Source: Candidatus Methanomethylicia archaeon
GTDB lineage: Archaea > Thermoproteota > Methanomethylicia > CALHIW01
Assembly: GCA_038845975.1 (NCBI GenBank)
Contig: JAWBQF010000005.1
Coordinates: 39,468-103,467 of the forward strand
Direction of reading: 5' to 3'
Length of the DNA stretch: 64,000 bases
The first letter of the stretch is position 1. Every line of letters starts with the position of its first letter. A program made the translations under genes and the position numbers. Under the pieces are notes generated by a model, which made no database searches, was not told where the DNA came from, and was given only the letters and a program-made list of their open reading frames with translations. Of this stretch, positions 30,374 through 39,758 are shown piece by piece.

Positions 30374-31660
30374 TTAATGTTTAGTCCATGTTATTCCCGC
30401 AAGCATATCTAGTAGATATTTCCCCTCTTTAATTATTCCTAAACTACCATTACTACATTTTCTTTCTGTAAATCTATCTATTCCATCGTTGCTAATATTG
30501 TTTCCGCATATTAATAGTGGAACAGGATCATCTGTATGTGTTTTTACAGTACATGGCGTTGCATGGTCTGCTGTTATACATATTATATAATCTTCAAGTT
30601 TTAAACTACCTATAAGAGGCTCTATGAAGTATTTATCTATAGCTTCAATTACCTCCTTTTTCTGTTGAGCATTTCCATCATGTCCGGGCTCATCAGGTCC
30701 CTTAATATGTATATAAAAGGCATCATAGTCATTAATTAGTTCAAAAAGCTTTCTTAGCCGAACCCTCATATCATCCTCTAGTCTTCCTGATGGTGGAGGT
30801 ATGTTTACAATATCCATTCCAGCTACTCTAGCTATACCTACTTCAACAGGCATTTCCGCAAAGCATATAAATCGCTTACCATACCTTTCTGTTAAGCTTT
30901 TAACTTTAGGTATTTTATTACCAGCATCTCTTGAAAGTATTATGTTGGCTTCTAATAGTTTTCTTCTGGCTCTATCTCTATTTATTGGATGTTTTTTAAG
31001 TAGATTATGAGATTTTAATGTAAACTCATTAACTAACTCAGCACTTCTTAAAGCCTCTAAGCTACTATCCAATGGCTTACATTTATTAACAATCATCTCT
31101 TTACTAGTTTCCACTACACCAATACCCTCAACTCTAGTATAAGCCGGATCAGTATTGCTAATTTTATCTGAAAGCCTACCTTCTAGACTACTAATTACTA
31201 GTACCCCTCTATGACCTATTGTAGCTTTAAATATGAATTTAGCAGGGTATGATTCGAGCTTAACCCCCCTATTTATATCTTCAGCAAGCTTTATAGCTTC
31301 ACTAGTAGTTAGGCTTCTACTAACTCTTCTATCAATAACTCTCCAATCCTCATCAATAGTTGCGAAGTTGCATCGAAGAGCTAAATCATATTCATCACGT
31401 ACTAGTAATCCAGCTCCTAAAGCTTCAATCGGTCCTCTACCAGTATATATTTTAAACGGGTCATAGCCTAGAATTGAAAATACAGCAACATCACTTTCAG
31501 GCGCTATTCCCTTAGAAACCGTATACATTAATCCAAGTCTTCCTCTTCTAGCTAGATAATCTAATCCCGGTGTTATAGCTGCTTCAAGAGGTGTCATACC
31601 GTTAAGATCTGGATTCTCCCTATCTCCAACACCATCCAGTATTATAAGAAGTAGTTTCAT
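30374..31660 (-). CDS. apgM: 2,3-BPG-independent phosphoglycerate mutase (archaeal ApgM)
   Basis: ILDGVGD, TPLEAA, PESDVA, YTGRGPIEA, DEPGHDG, TADHATP. Confidence 0.9.
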   Translation of the reverse strand: MKLLLIILDGVGDRENPDLNGMTPLEAAITPGLDYLARRGRLGLMYTVSKGIAPESDVAVFSILGYDPFKIYTGRGPIEALGAGLLVRDEYDLALRCNFATIDEDWRVIDRRVSRSLTTSEAIKLAEDINRGVKLESYPAKFIFKATIGHRGVLVISSLEGRLSDKISNTDPAYTRVEGIGVVETSKEMIVNKCKPLDSSLEALRSAELVNEFTLKSHNLLKKHPINRDRARRKLLEANIILSRDAGNKIPKVKSLTERYGKRFICFAEMPVEVGIARVAGMDIVNIPPPSGRLEDDMRVRLRKLFELINDYDAFYIHIKGPDEPGHDGNAQQKKEVIEAIDKYFIEPLIGSLKLEDYIICITADHATPCTVKTHTDDPVPLLICGNNISNDGIDRFTERKCSNGSLGIIKEGKYLLDMLAGITWTKH

Positions 31661-31769
31661 AATTCGTTAAATCATAACTACTTAAATACTTTTCAGCGTA
31701 GTATTGGCTTCTCTAACCTATTGTAGATCTATTGTTAATACGGCATGAGCTAAATAAGATAAATATGGG

Positions 31770-33164
31770 TTAGTATGGTATTTCTTCTATCCATGGATAT
31801 AGAGTTTTAAGTTTTTTTATGGCTTCTTCAACGGCTTCTCTTGGATATTCATATGGTGGTAGCCTATTTTCTAGGTAGTCTTCAAATGCTTTCATATCAA
31901 AGTATCCGTGACCACAAAGTAGGAATAGTATGGTTTTCCTCTCTCCTGTTTCTTTGCATTTTAATGCCTCATCTATTACTGCTCTAATTGCATGTGCTGG
32001 CTCTGGTGCTGGAACTATACCTTCTGTCTGTGTAAATAATGTTGCTGCCTTAAATACCTCAACTTGATTGTAGGCAACAGTCTTAACTATTCTCTCCCTA
32101 GCTAATAGACATAGTGTTGGAGCCATACCGTGATATCTAAGTCCTCCAGCATGTATTGGTGGTGGAATATAGTCGTGACCTAATGTATACATTTTTAGTA
32201 GAGGTGTTATACGTGCACAGTCTCCATGATCATACATGTAGACTCCTCTTGTTACGCTCGGACAGGCTGTCGGCTCAACAGCTATAAACTCAGTATCCTT
32301 TGTAGTTTCACCTCTAGCCTTATCATAGTAGAAAGGCCAGAAAAGCCCTGAAAAGCTACTACCACCTCCTATACATCCTACAACTACATCTGGATATTCA
32401 TTAACAAGTTTTAACTGCTCTTTAGCTTCTATACCTATAACTGTTTGGTGTAGAAGTACATGGTTTAATACACTTCCTAATGAATATTTTGTATCTTCAT
32501 TGGTGAGAGCATCCTCAACAGCTTCACTTATCGCTATACCTAAGCTTCCAGGATTGTCAGGATCCCTTTCTAATATGCTTCTACCAAACTTAGTTTTACT
32601 ACTTGGACTTGGAAAAACTTCTGCTCCCCATAGCTGCATGAGGGTTTTACGGTATGGTTTCTGATAGTAGCTTGCCTTAACCATGTATACTGTACATTTG
32701 AGACCAAACATCATACAGCCGTAAGCTAGTGCTGAACCCCATTGTCCAGCGCCTGTTTCTGTTGCTAGACGTTTAGTTCCTTCCTTCATATTGTAGTATG
32801 CTTGAGCTATAGCAGTATTTGGTTTATGGCTTCCTGGAGGACTTACACCCTCATATTTATAATATATCTTAGCAGGTGTGTTTAAGGCTTTTTCAAGCTT
32901 GATAGCTCTATAAATTGGTGTAGGTCTATAGGTGCGATATACTTCACGTACTTCTTCAGGTATTGGTATAAATCTTTCATTACTTACTTCCTGTCTTATA
33001 AGCTCCTTTGCAAATATACGTTCTAAGGCTTTAAGGTCTATGGGTTTTCTTGTTGATGGATCTATAGGTGGAGGTAGTGGTTTCGGAAGGTCTGGAAGAA
33101 TATTGTACCAATATTTCGGTATAAAATCCTCATTTAAAAGTATTTTCCTATTGTTTACTACCAT
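31770..33164 (-). CDS. trpB2: TrpB2 tryptophan synthase beta chain type 2
   Basis: [45 protein letters not shown]. Confidence 0.95.
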   Translation of the reverse strand: MVVNNRKILLNEDFIPKYWYNILPDLPKPLPPPIDPSTRKPIDLKALERIFAKELIRQEVSNERFIPIPEEVREVYRTYRPTPIYRAIKLEKALNTPAKIYYKYEGVSPPGSHKPNTAIAQAYYNMKEGTKRLATETGAGQWGSALAYGCMMFGLKCTVYMVKASYYQKPYRKTLMQLWGAEVFPSPSSKTKFGRSILERDPDNPGSLGIAISEAVEDALTNEDTKYSLGSVLNHVLLHQTVIGIEAKEQLKLVNEYPDVVVGCIGGGSSFSGLFWPFYYDKARGETTKDTEFIAVEPTACPSVTRGVYMYDHGDCARITPLLKMYTLGHDYIPPPIHAGGLRYHGMAPTLCLLARERIVKTVAYNQVEVFKAATLFTQTEGIVPAPEPAHAIRAVIDEALKCKETGERKTILFLLCGHGYFDMKAFEDYLENRLPPYEYPREAVEEAIKKLKTLYPWIEEIPY

Positions 33165-33325
33165 TGGTGCATGTATTCACCAAGCATATCTTAACCATAT
33201 ATATTTAAAGATATTGTGTACAAATTTGAGGAATCTAGGTAAAGGACATGAACTTATGGGCGTGGTAACTTAAGCCCATCTTCTAGGTGGTTGTAGTATA
33301 GCATGAATAGGTTCAGCATTTCTTT

Positions 33326-33361
33326 CTTATCGTTTGAAATATGGTTATTTCAAACGATAAG
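33326..33361. repeat. Perfect 16-bp inverted repeat hairpin, 4-nt loop
   Basis: CTTATCGTTTGAAATA-TGGT-TATTTCAAACGATAAG. Confidence 0.9.
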
Positions 33362-33509
33362 TAGAGTTACGAATTCACATTTATCCCCCTAAACTTACAT
33401 GTCTACCTAACCACGCATCTTAAAAATCTTATAAACCTCAAATAATATTCTATCTCCTTAAACATCTAATATGGAAGGTTAGCCAGAATCTTAAACTAAC
33501 AGAACCTTT

Positions 33510-33638
33510 GCTTTGTGGCTTAATTCTGAAATTCGAAAATTCAAGTTTACATAAAGTACGAAAAAGCTTAATAAGCATTCCTATAACCATAGTATTTAAT
33601 GATATAGATTACGAGAAATGAATATTAAGCCACAAAGC
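33510..33638. mobile_element. 129-bp MITE-like element with 15-bp TIRs
   Basis: GCTTTGTGGCTTAAT ... ATTAAGCCACAAAGC; resembles the IS6 TIR GGCTTTGTTAACTTAA. Confidence 0.55.
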
Positions 33639-33800
33639 TGAACCTTATTTCTCTTAAAACCTCAATATCTTAATCAAGCTTACAATACTAACATTAAAAC
33701 GATAAGCAACAAAATTATGTAACTTACTAAGTTATTATATCCGGAACTATTAGCGAAAAATTCATTAATACATAGTATAATATTATGTTGGGGTTTTTAC

Positions 33801-34754
33801 TTGTCTATTCCAAGTAGAATTATTGAAGCATATAGGAAACAGAGATATCATTTCATAGGTCAGCTAGCTGTATTGAAACCTTGTCATTGGACTCGTAAAT
33901 CAATACTTACTGGAGGTAAAGAGGTATGTTATAAGCAGCGTTTCTATGGTATTCAGTCTCATAGATGTATTCAGATGAGTCCTACAATAGCTTGCAATCT
34001 TAGATGTATTTTCTGTTGGCGTGTACAGCCTGAGGATTTAGGTTTAGGATGGAGTGAAGTTAATGTTTTAATTCATGATGATCCTGAGGATATTGTTGAG
34101 AATGCAATATTTGAGCAGAGAAGAGTACTTTCAGGATTTAAAGGCAATCCTAAAGCTAATGTGAAAATGGTTGAGGAAGCATTTAATCCAAGACATGCAG
34201 CTATAAGTCTTGTAGGTGAGCCGACACTATATCCTATGCTTAGAGAGCTTATTGAAGCATTTAGGAGAAGAGGTTTTACAACATTTATTGTTTCAAACGG
34301 TACAAATCCTAAAGCATTATTAAATCTTAGTTCTGAACCAACACAGCTATATATAACTTTAGCTGCTCCTAGTCGTGAAGTATATTTGAAGACTATGAGG
34401 CCACTTATTCCTGATGCTTGGGAGCGTCTTAATGAAACTCTTGAGATACTTCACAGCTTTAAATGTCCAAGCGTTCTTAGATTAACTCTTGCAAGAAATG
34501 TAAACATGTTGAATCCTGATGGATATGCTAAGCTAATACTTAAGGCTGAGCCGACATATATTGAGCCTAAAGCAGCAATGAGTATAGGATACTTTACTAA
34601 AAGACTTACAGTAGATGCTATGCCTAAACATGATGAAATTAAAATGTTTGCTATGGAATTATCAAATTTAACAGGATATAAACTTATTGATGAATCACCT
34701 CCATCAAGAGTTGTATTACTTTCAAAGCTAAATAAACCTATTAAGCTTGTTTAA
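33801..34754 (+). CDS. taw1: tRNA 4-demethylwyosine synthase Taw1 (radical SAM)
   Basis: KPCHWT, CYKQRFYGIQSHRCIQMSP, CNLRCIFCWR, AISLVGEPT, PTQLY. Confidence 0.93.
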   Translation: MSIPSRIIEAYRKQRYHFIGQLAVLKPCHWTRKSILTGGKEVCYKQRFYGIQSHRCIQMSPTIACNLRCIFCWRVQPEDLGLGWSEVNVLIHDDPEDIVENAIFEQRRVLSGFKGNPKANVKMVEEAFNPRHAAISLVGEPTLYPMLRELIEAFRRRGFTTFIVSNGTNPKALLNLSSEPTQLYITLAAPSREVYLKTMRPLIPDAWERLNETLEILHSFKCPSVLRLTLARNVNMLNPDGYAKLILKAEPTYIEPKAAMSIGYFTKRLTVDAMPKHDEIKMFAMELSNLTGYKLIDESPPSRVVLLSKLNKPIKLV

Positions 34755-34776
34755 TCCATGTTTAGAATCTATAGTT

Positions 34777-35925
34777 TCATTTTTTCTTCTCTTTTCTAAC
34801 CTCTTCAATAACTACTCTTATTTTCATAAGCTTGTAAATTATACTATCTAGAAACCTTATATATGCTCCTTTCTGTCCTAGTATTGGTCCTAATCCTTCT
34901 TTTTCAATAAATAATGTTAGATTTGAACCTTTAAAATCTATTTCTTCTATGTATTTATGAGTCCATGGTAATGGATGAATTGCAGTTATAATTTCTTTAA
35001 AGTTTAATGTTAGCTCTACAGCTCTTATCTTCATACCTGTTTCTTTCTCAATCTTACTTATTCTCTCCCCCTTTTTACCTATTAGTCTTGCTAGATATCC
35101 CTCTTTTGCAATTACTAAGGAGTCTACTACCTGTTCAGCTTTTATTTCAAACTTTTTCTTCTCCTCGGTAAGAGTTGTAATTGTTACTATATCTGTATCT
35201 GGTGCATGTGTTTTTACTATGTCTAGTACTTTTCTTTCATCAGGTGAAAGTTCTCTCTTCCTCATTCTTGTTTCAATGAGTAGCTTAATACCCTTCCTAG
35301 CTCCTGGCCTTACAATATCTTTAATACCTAAATCAATGACTCTAGCTTTCTCCTCCCCTAACAATACTTCTCTAATTAGTGTTGCTCCATCTCCTTCTAT
35401 TAGAGGGTCTTTTTGAAATATAGGGTCACCAGCAATAATAAGCTTGCTTTTATTACCTATTCTCATAAGGATTTCACATGTACTTTCAGGTGATACGGAC
35501 TGTGCATCATCGAGGAAGACTATAGAATTATCAAATGTTCTACCACGTAGGTAGTGAGTATCTGCAAACACTATCTTCTCCTCATTAATAAGCTTTTTAA
35601 CATCACTCCAGCTAATAACGTCTTGAGGAATGATATCCTGTAAATATTCTGCAGCAATTCTATAGTATAACTCACCAATATCAATAGCTGTAAGTTCTCT
35701 TCCAGATGTAACATCAACAACTGGTCTACTAATAATAAATCTACCATACGTATTATTGATGACTCCATCTATACCATAGATGCATGTAAGTAGACTTTTA
35801 CCAGTACCTGTTGGGCCGAATACACCTACAACATCATATTCTCTACTTGTTAAAGCTTCTATAAGCTCTCTCTGTCCATTACTCATCGGTTTAATTTTAC
35901 CTATTAGGCTAGTCATAGTTAACAA
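34777..35925 (-). CDS. PhoH-family ATPase with two C-terminal KH domains
   Basis: GPTGTGKS, SRP, YLRGRTF, LDDAQ, GD; KH GxxG motifs LIGKKG and ILGQKG. Confidence 0.85.
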   Translation of the reverse strand: MLTMTSLIGKIKPMSNGQRELIEALTSREYDVVGVFGPTGTGKSLLTCIYGIDGVINNTYGRFIISRPVVDVTSGRELTAIDIGELYYRIAAEYLQDIIPQDVISWSDVKKLINEEKIVFADTHYLRGRTFDNSIVFLDDAQSVSPESTCEILMRIGNKSKLIIAGDPIFQKDPLIEGDGATLIREVLLGEEKARVIDLGIKDIVRPGARKGIKLLIETRMRKRELSPDERKVLDIVKTHAPDTDIVTITTLTEEKKKFEIKAEQVVDSLVIAKEGYLARLIGKKGERISKIEKETGMKIRAVELTLNFKEIITAIHPLPWTHKYIEEIDFKGSNLTLFIEKEGLGPILGQKGAYIRFLDSIIYKLMKIRVVIEEVRKEKKK

Positions 35926-35974
35926 TAATAGTGGATATACTTAAGCTTTAAATTAGATATATAGATTCCAGATT

Positions 35975-36979
35975 ATGGAGAGAAGAATTGTTAGTATTGA
36001 TGATCCTCCACTTATAGGTTCTATAGCGTTTGGACTGATTGATAGAGGTACAAATATAATTCAGGTTAGACCATCAAGTATGTGTATGCTTTCATGTATA
36101 TTCTGCTCTACAGATGCAGGTCCTAAATCTAATAGTAGGCTTTCTGAATATGTCGTTAACCTTGATGTATTAGTTGAAGAATTTAGAAAGCTTGTTAAAT
36201 TTAAGGGAGCCTACAAAATTGAAGCCCATATAGATACTGTTGGTGATCCTATTCTTTACCCACGTATTGTTGATCTCATCCAGGAGCTATCTTTAACTAG
36301 TGGTGTTGAAGTTGTATCTATTCAGACTCATGGCTATGCTTTAACTGAAAGAATGATCGATGATATGGCTGAAGCAGGATTATCTAGAATAAACCTTTCA
36401 ATAGATGCTTTAAACCCTAAAACTGCAGTAGTTCTATCAGATACTGAATGGTATAGTATTGATAGGGTTAAAAACATAGCTGAATACATAGTAGGAAACA
36501 CAGACATTGATCTTCTCATAGCTCCTGTATGGGTTCCTAACTATAACGATGATGAAATACCTGAAATAATTAAGTATGGATTAAAGATAGGTTGTGGTAG
36601 AAAATGGCCTCCACTAGGCATTCAGAAGTATGAAGCCCATAAATACGGTAGGAAACCTAAAAACTCTAGATTAATGTCATGGCTTGAGTTTTACTCAAAG
36701 CTTAAACAGCTAGAGAAAACATATAATGCTAAGCTTATACTTAAAAAAGAGGATTTCAACATTCATCCAAGAAGAAAAATCAAGTATCCGTTTAGTATTG
36801 GTGAGAAATTATATGTTGAGGTTGTAAACTATGGATGGCTAAAAAGTGAAAAATTAGCTGTTGCAAGAAATAGAGTAGTAACAATAGTTAATGCCAACAA
36901 TATACCGTTAAATGTTGAAGTTAAGGTTGAAATAATTAGGGTTAGAGACAATATTATAATTGCTAAACCTACAGTATAG
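35975..36979 (+). CDS. Radical SAM protein with C-terminal TRAM-like domain (COG2100-like)
   Basis: FGLIDRGTNIIQVRP, CMLSCIFCSTDAG, EAHID, GIQKYE. Confidence 0.85.
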   Translation: MERRIVSIDDPPLIGSIAFGLIDRGTNIIQVRPSSMCMLSCIFCSTDAGPKSNSRLSEYVVNLDVLVEEFRKLVKFKGAYKIEAHIDTVGDPILYPRIVDLIQELSLTSGVEVVSIQTHGYALTERMIDDMAEAGLSRINLSIDALNPKTAVVLSDTEWYSIDRVKNIAEYIVGNTDIDLLIAPVWVPNYNDDEIPEIIKYGLKIGCGRKWPPLGIQKYEAHKYGRKPKNSRLMSWLEFYSKLKQLEKTYNAKLILKKEDFNIHPRRKIKYPFSIGEKLYVEVVNYGWLKSEKLAVARNRVVTIVNANNIPLNVEVKVEIIRVRDNIIIAKPTV

Positions 36980-37091
36980 TTATGGTTAGTGAAGTATTAA
37001 GCTACATTGATTTCTAATTTATCATTAAACTGAATGTTTAAAATAAGTAAAGCTTAAATAATTGTGTTTCTAACTCTCAGGGTGGTCATGC

Positions 37092-38015
37092 TTGATTCTT
37101 AATGGTGTTGAAGTTGAGGAAACATTTGCTGAAGCTTTTCCAATGTATGGAACTAGAATTCTGATAACTGCTATAAATGAGAAGTGGGCTCTTACAGCTG
37201 GTAGAACAGCTACAGGGTTTGCATCATCCATAATTATGTCTCCCGCTGAAGCCGGTGTTGAGAGGCTTGTTCCTGTAAATGAAACTCCTGATGGTAGACC
37301 TGGCTGTCTCATACATATCTATCATCGAACACCCCCAGAGCTTAAAGCACAAGTAATATTTAGGATTGGTCAATGTGTCTTAACATGTGCTACAACAGCT
37401 GTTTTCGACGGAATTCCGCAATCTAAGAGAAGGCTTAGCATAGGATCTGCACTTGGAAAGTTTGGTGATGGGTTTGAAGTTAAGGAAACAATTTACGGTA
37501 GACCTATGTGGAGGATACCGGTGATGGAGGGTGAATTCCTTCTTGAACATACTATAGGATTTGTTAAGGGAGTTGCTGGAGGAAACTTGCTAATCCTATC
37601 AGAAAATCTTAAGTCAGGTCTAACTGCAACAGAGAAGGCTGTTGAAGCTATTGAGAGAAACGTTAAGGATGTATGTCTACCATTTCCAGGAGGTATTGTA
37701 AGATCTGGAAGTAAGGTTGGGTCCTTAAAGTATCCTAAGCTTGTAGCTACAACAAATCATCTATTCTGTCCTAATCTGAGAGATAAGATTCAGGGAAGTC
37801 TAGTTCCAGCTGGGGTAAATAATGTTTATGAAATTGTAATTAACGGCTTAAATATTGAAGCTGTTAAGAAGGCTATGGGTGTAGCTATTAAAGCAGCTGT
37901 TACAGTTAGTGGTGTACGTAAAATAACAGCTGCAAACTATGGAGGTAAGCTTGGACCATACAAGATATTTACTAATGAAGCTATAGACTCTGTTAAGGAT
38001 GTCAATATTGCATAG
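37092..38015 (+). CDS. ftr: Formylmethanofuran:H4MPT formyltransferase
   Basis: TFAEAF, TGFASSII, TPDGRPG, RIGQCVLT, PFPGGIVRSGSKVGS, NYGGKLG. Confidence 0.96.
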   Translation: MILNGVEVEETFAEAFPMYGTRILITAINEKWALTAGRTATGFASSIIMSPAEAGVERLVPVNETPDGRPGCLIHIYHRTPPELKAQVIFRIGQCVLTCATTAVFDGIPQSKRRLSIGSALGKFGDGFEVKETIYGRPMWRIPVMEGEFLLEHTIGFVKGVAGGNLLILSENLKSGLTATEKAVEAIERNVKDVCLPFPGGIVRSGSKVGSLKYPKLVATTNHLFCPNLRDKIQGSLVPAGVNNVYEIVINGLNIEAVKKAMGVAIKAAVTVSGVRKITAANYGGKLGPYKIFTNEAIDSVKDVNIA

Positions 38016-38023
38016 GTGTTTAA

Positions 38024-39754
38024 ATGAGTCAAAGCCTTACAGTTACACTTATAACAGGGAGGACACTAGATCAGGGAAGAGGTAGAGAGGAAGGTAAGTT
38101 TACAGAGCTTTTCTATAAGTCTACTGCTATAGTTGAACTTGATCCTGAAGACTTCAATAAGCTTAATCCTAAGGGGAATGTAAAAATTAAAACTGATTAT
38201 GGAGAGATTGTTGTTCAGCCTGTTCAATCATCGATGAGACATCCAGGAATTGTCTTTATACCCATGGGTCCATGGGCAAACATAGTTATTGACCCTAATA
38301 CTAGAGGATCCGGAATGCCTACATTTAAAGGTGTAAAGGCTACTATTGAAGTAACATCTGAGCCTGTACTTAAACTTGATGAGCTTTTATTAAGATACTA
38401 TGGTAGGGAGGCTAGAATTCCAATAACTTCTGATCCTCCACTATCTAGTATTGGTGAAAGAGTTGTTGAAGCTGTTCCATGTCCATACTGTGGATGTTTA
38501 TGTGATGATATTACAGTTACTGTTAGGAATGGTAGAATAGTATCTGTTAAGGGTGGGTGTGCTTTAAGTAATTCTAAATTTTTGCATTACAATGATGGAC
38601 GTATATTAAGTCCAATGATGAGAGTTAATGGTGAGCTTAAACCTACTAGTTTGGAGGAGGCTGTAAAGAGAGCTGCTGAAATACTTGTAAACTCGAAATA
38701 TCCTCTACTCTATGGGTGGAGCAATACTTCTATCCAAGCAATAAGAGTAGGTATTGAACTTACAGAGCTTATTGGAGGAGTTATCGATAATACTACTGCA
38801 ACATGTCATGGCCCAACGGTACAAGGTATACACTATACCGGAACTGTTACTTCAACTCTTGGCCAAATAAGGAATAGAGCTGACTTAATGATTTTTTGGG
38901 GATGTAATCCATTAAATGCCCATCCAAAACATGCAACTAGATACAGTGTTACAGCTAAAGGAGTTTATGTAAAGTCTAGGAAAGATAGGAAAATCATAGT
39001 TGTAGATGTTAGGGAAACTGCGACATCAAGAATGGCTGATCTATTTATTAAGGTTGAGCCTGGAAAAGATTATGAGCTTATTACAGCTCTTAGAATGGCT
39101 CTATATGACTATGATATAGAGCAGGATTTTGTTGCAGGTGTATCTAGAGAGAAAATTTATGAGCTTGCAGATATCATGAGGTCAGCTAAATTCGGTGTAT
39201 TGTTTTTCGGTCTTGGAGTTACAATGAGTGAGGGTAAGGAGAGAAATATTGAAGAGGTTGAAAAACTCGTTCAAGATCTTAACTCATGGACAAAGTTTGT
39301 TCTTCTAGCTATGAGAGGCCACTTCAATGTTACAGGTGCTAATGCTGCATCACTCTGGCTTACAGGATACTCCTACGCTATAGACTTTGGTAGAGGCTTT
39401 CCAAGATATAATCCAAGCATAACGTCAGGTACTGAGCTTCTAATTAACGGCGATGTTGATGCAGCTCTTATAGTTGCTTCAGATCCTGTAGCTCACTTTC
39501 CAAGGAAGGCTGTAGAAAACATATTAAAAATCCCTGTTATAGTTATTGATCCTAAATGGAGTGTAACAGCTTCCATGGCTGATATTGTAATACCCTGCGC
39601 CTATGTTGGGATAGAATGTGAAGGCACAGCTTACAGAATGGATGGTGTACCTTTAAGACTTAGGAAAGTTGTTGATCCCCCAGTAGGTATTATGAGTGAT
39701 GTTGATGTTTTAAGCATGATTCTTAACGAAGCTAAAAGAATTATTGGAGGATGA
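38024..39754 (+). CDS. fwdB: Fused formylmethanofuran dehydrogenase subunits D+B
   Basis: N-terminal LITGRTLDQG..FIPMGPWAN..GMPTFKG (FwdD) in frame with CPYCGCLCDD, TCHGP, MRGHFNV, GTAYRMDGVP (FwdB). Confidence 0.93.
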   Translation: MSQSLTVTLITGRTLDQGRGREEGKFTELFYKSTAIVELDPEDFNKLNPKGNVKIKTDYGEIVVQPVQSSMRHPGIVFIPMGPWANIVIDPNTRGSGMPTFKGVKATIEVTSEPVLKLDELLLRYYGREARIPITSDPPLSSIGERVVEAVPCPYCGCLCDDITVTVRNGRIVSVKGGCALSNSKFLHYNDGRILSPMMRVNGELKPTSLEEAVKRAAEILVNSKYPLLYGWSNTSIQAIRVGIELTELIGGVIDNTTATCHGPTVQGIHYTGTVTSTLGQIRNRADLMIFWGCNPLNAHPKHATRYSVTAKGVYVKSRKDRKIIVVDVRETATSRMADLFIKVEPGKDYELITALRMALYDYDIEQDFVAGVSREKIYELADIMRSAKFGVLFFGLGVTMSEGKERNIEEVEKLVQDLNSWTKFVLLAMRGHFNVTGANAASLWLTGYSYAIDFGRGFPRYNPSITSGTELLINGDVDAALIVASDPVAHFPRKAVENILKIPVIVIDPKWSVTASMADIVIPCAYVGIECEGTAYRMDGVPLRLRKVVDPPVGIMSDVDVLSMILNEAKRIIGG

Positions 39755-39758
39755 GATT

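Noticed and set aside
38024-39754. Selenocysteine-containing FwdB
   Set aside because: The ligand position is TGT (Cys) in TCHGP; there is no in-frame TGA
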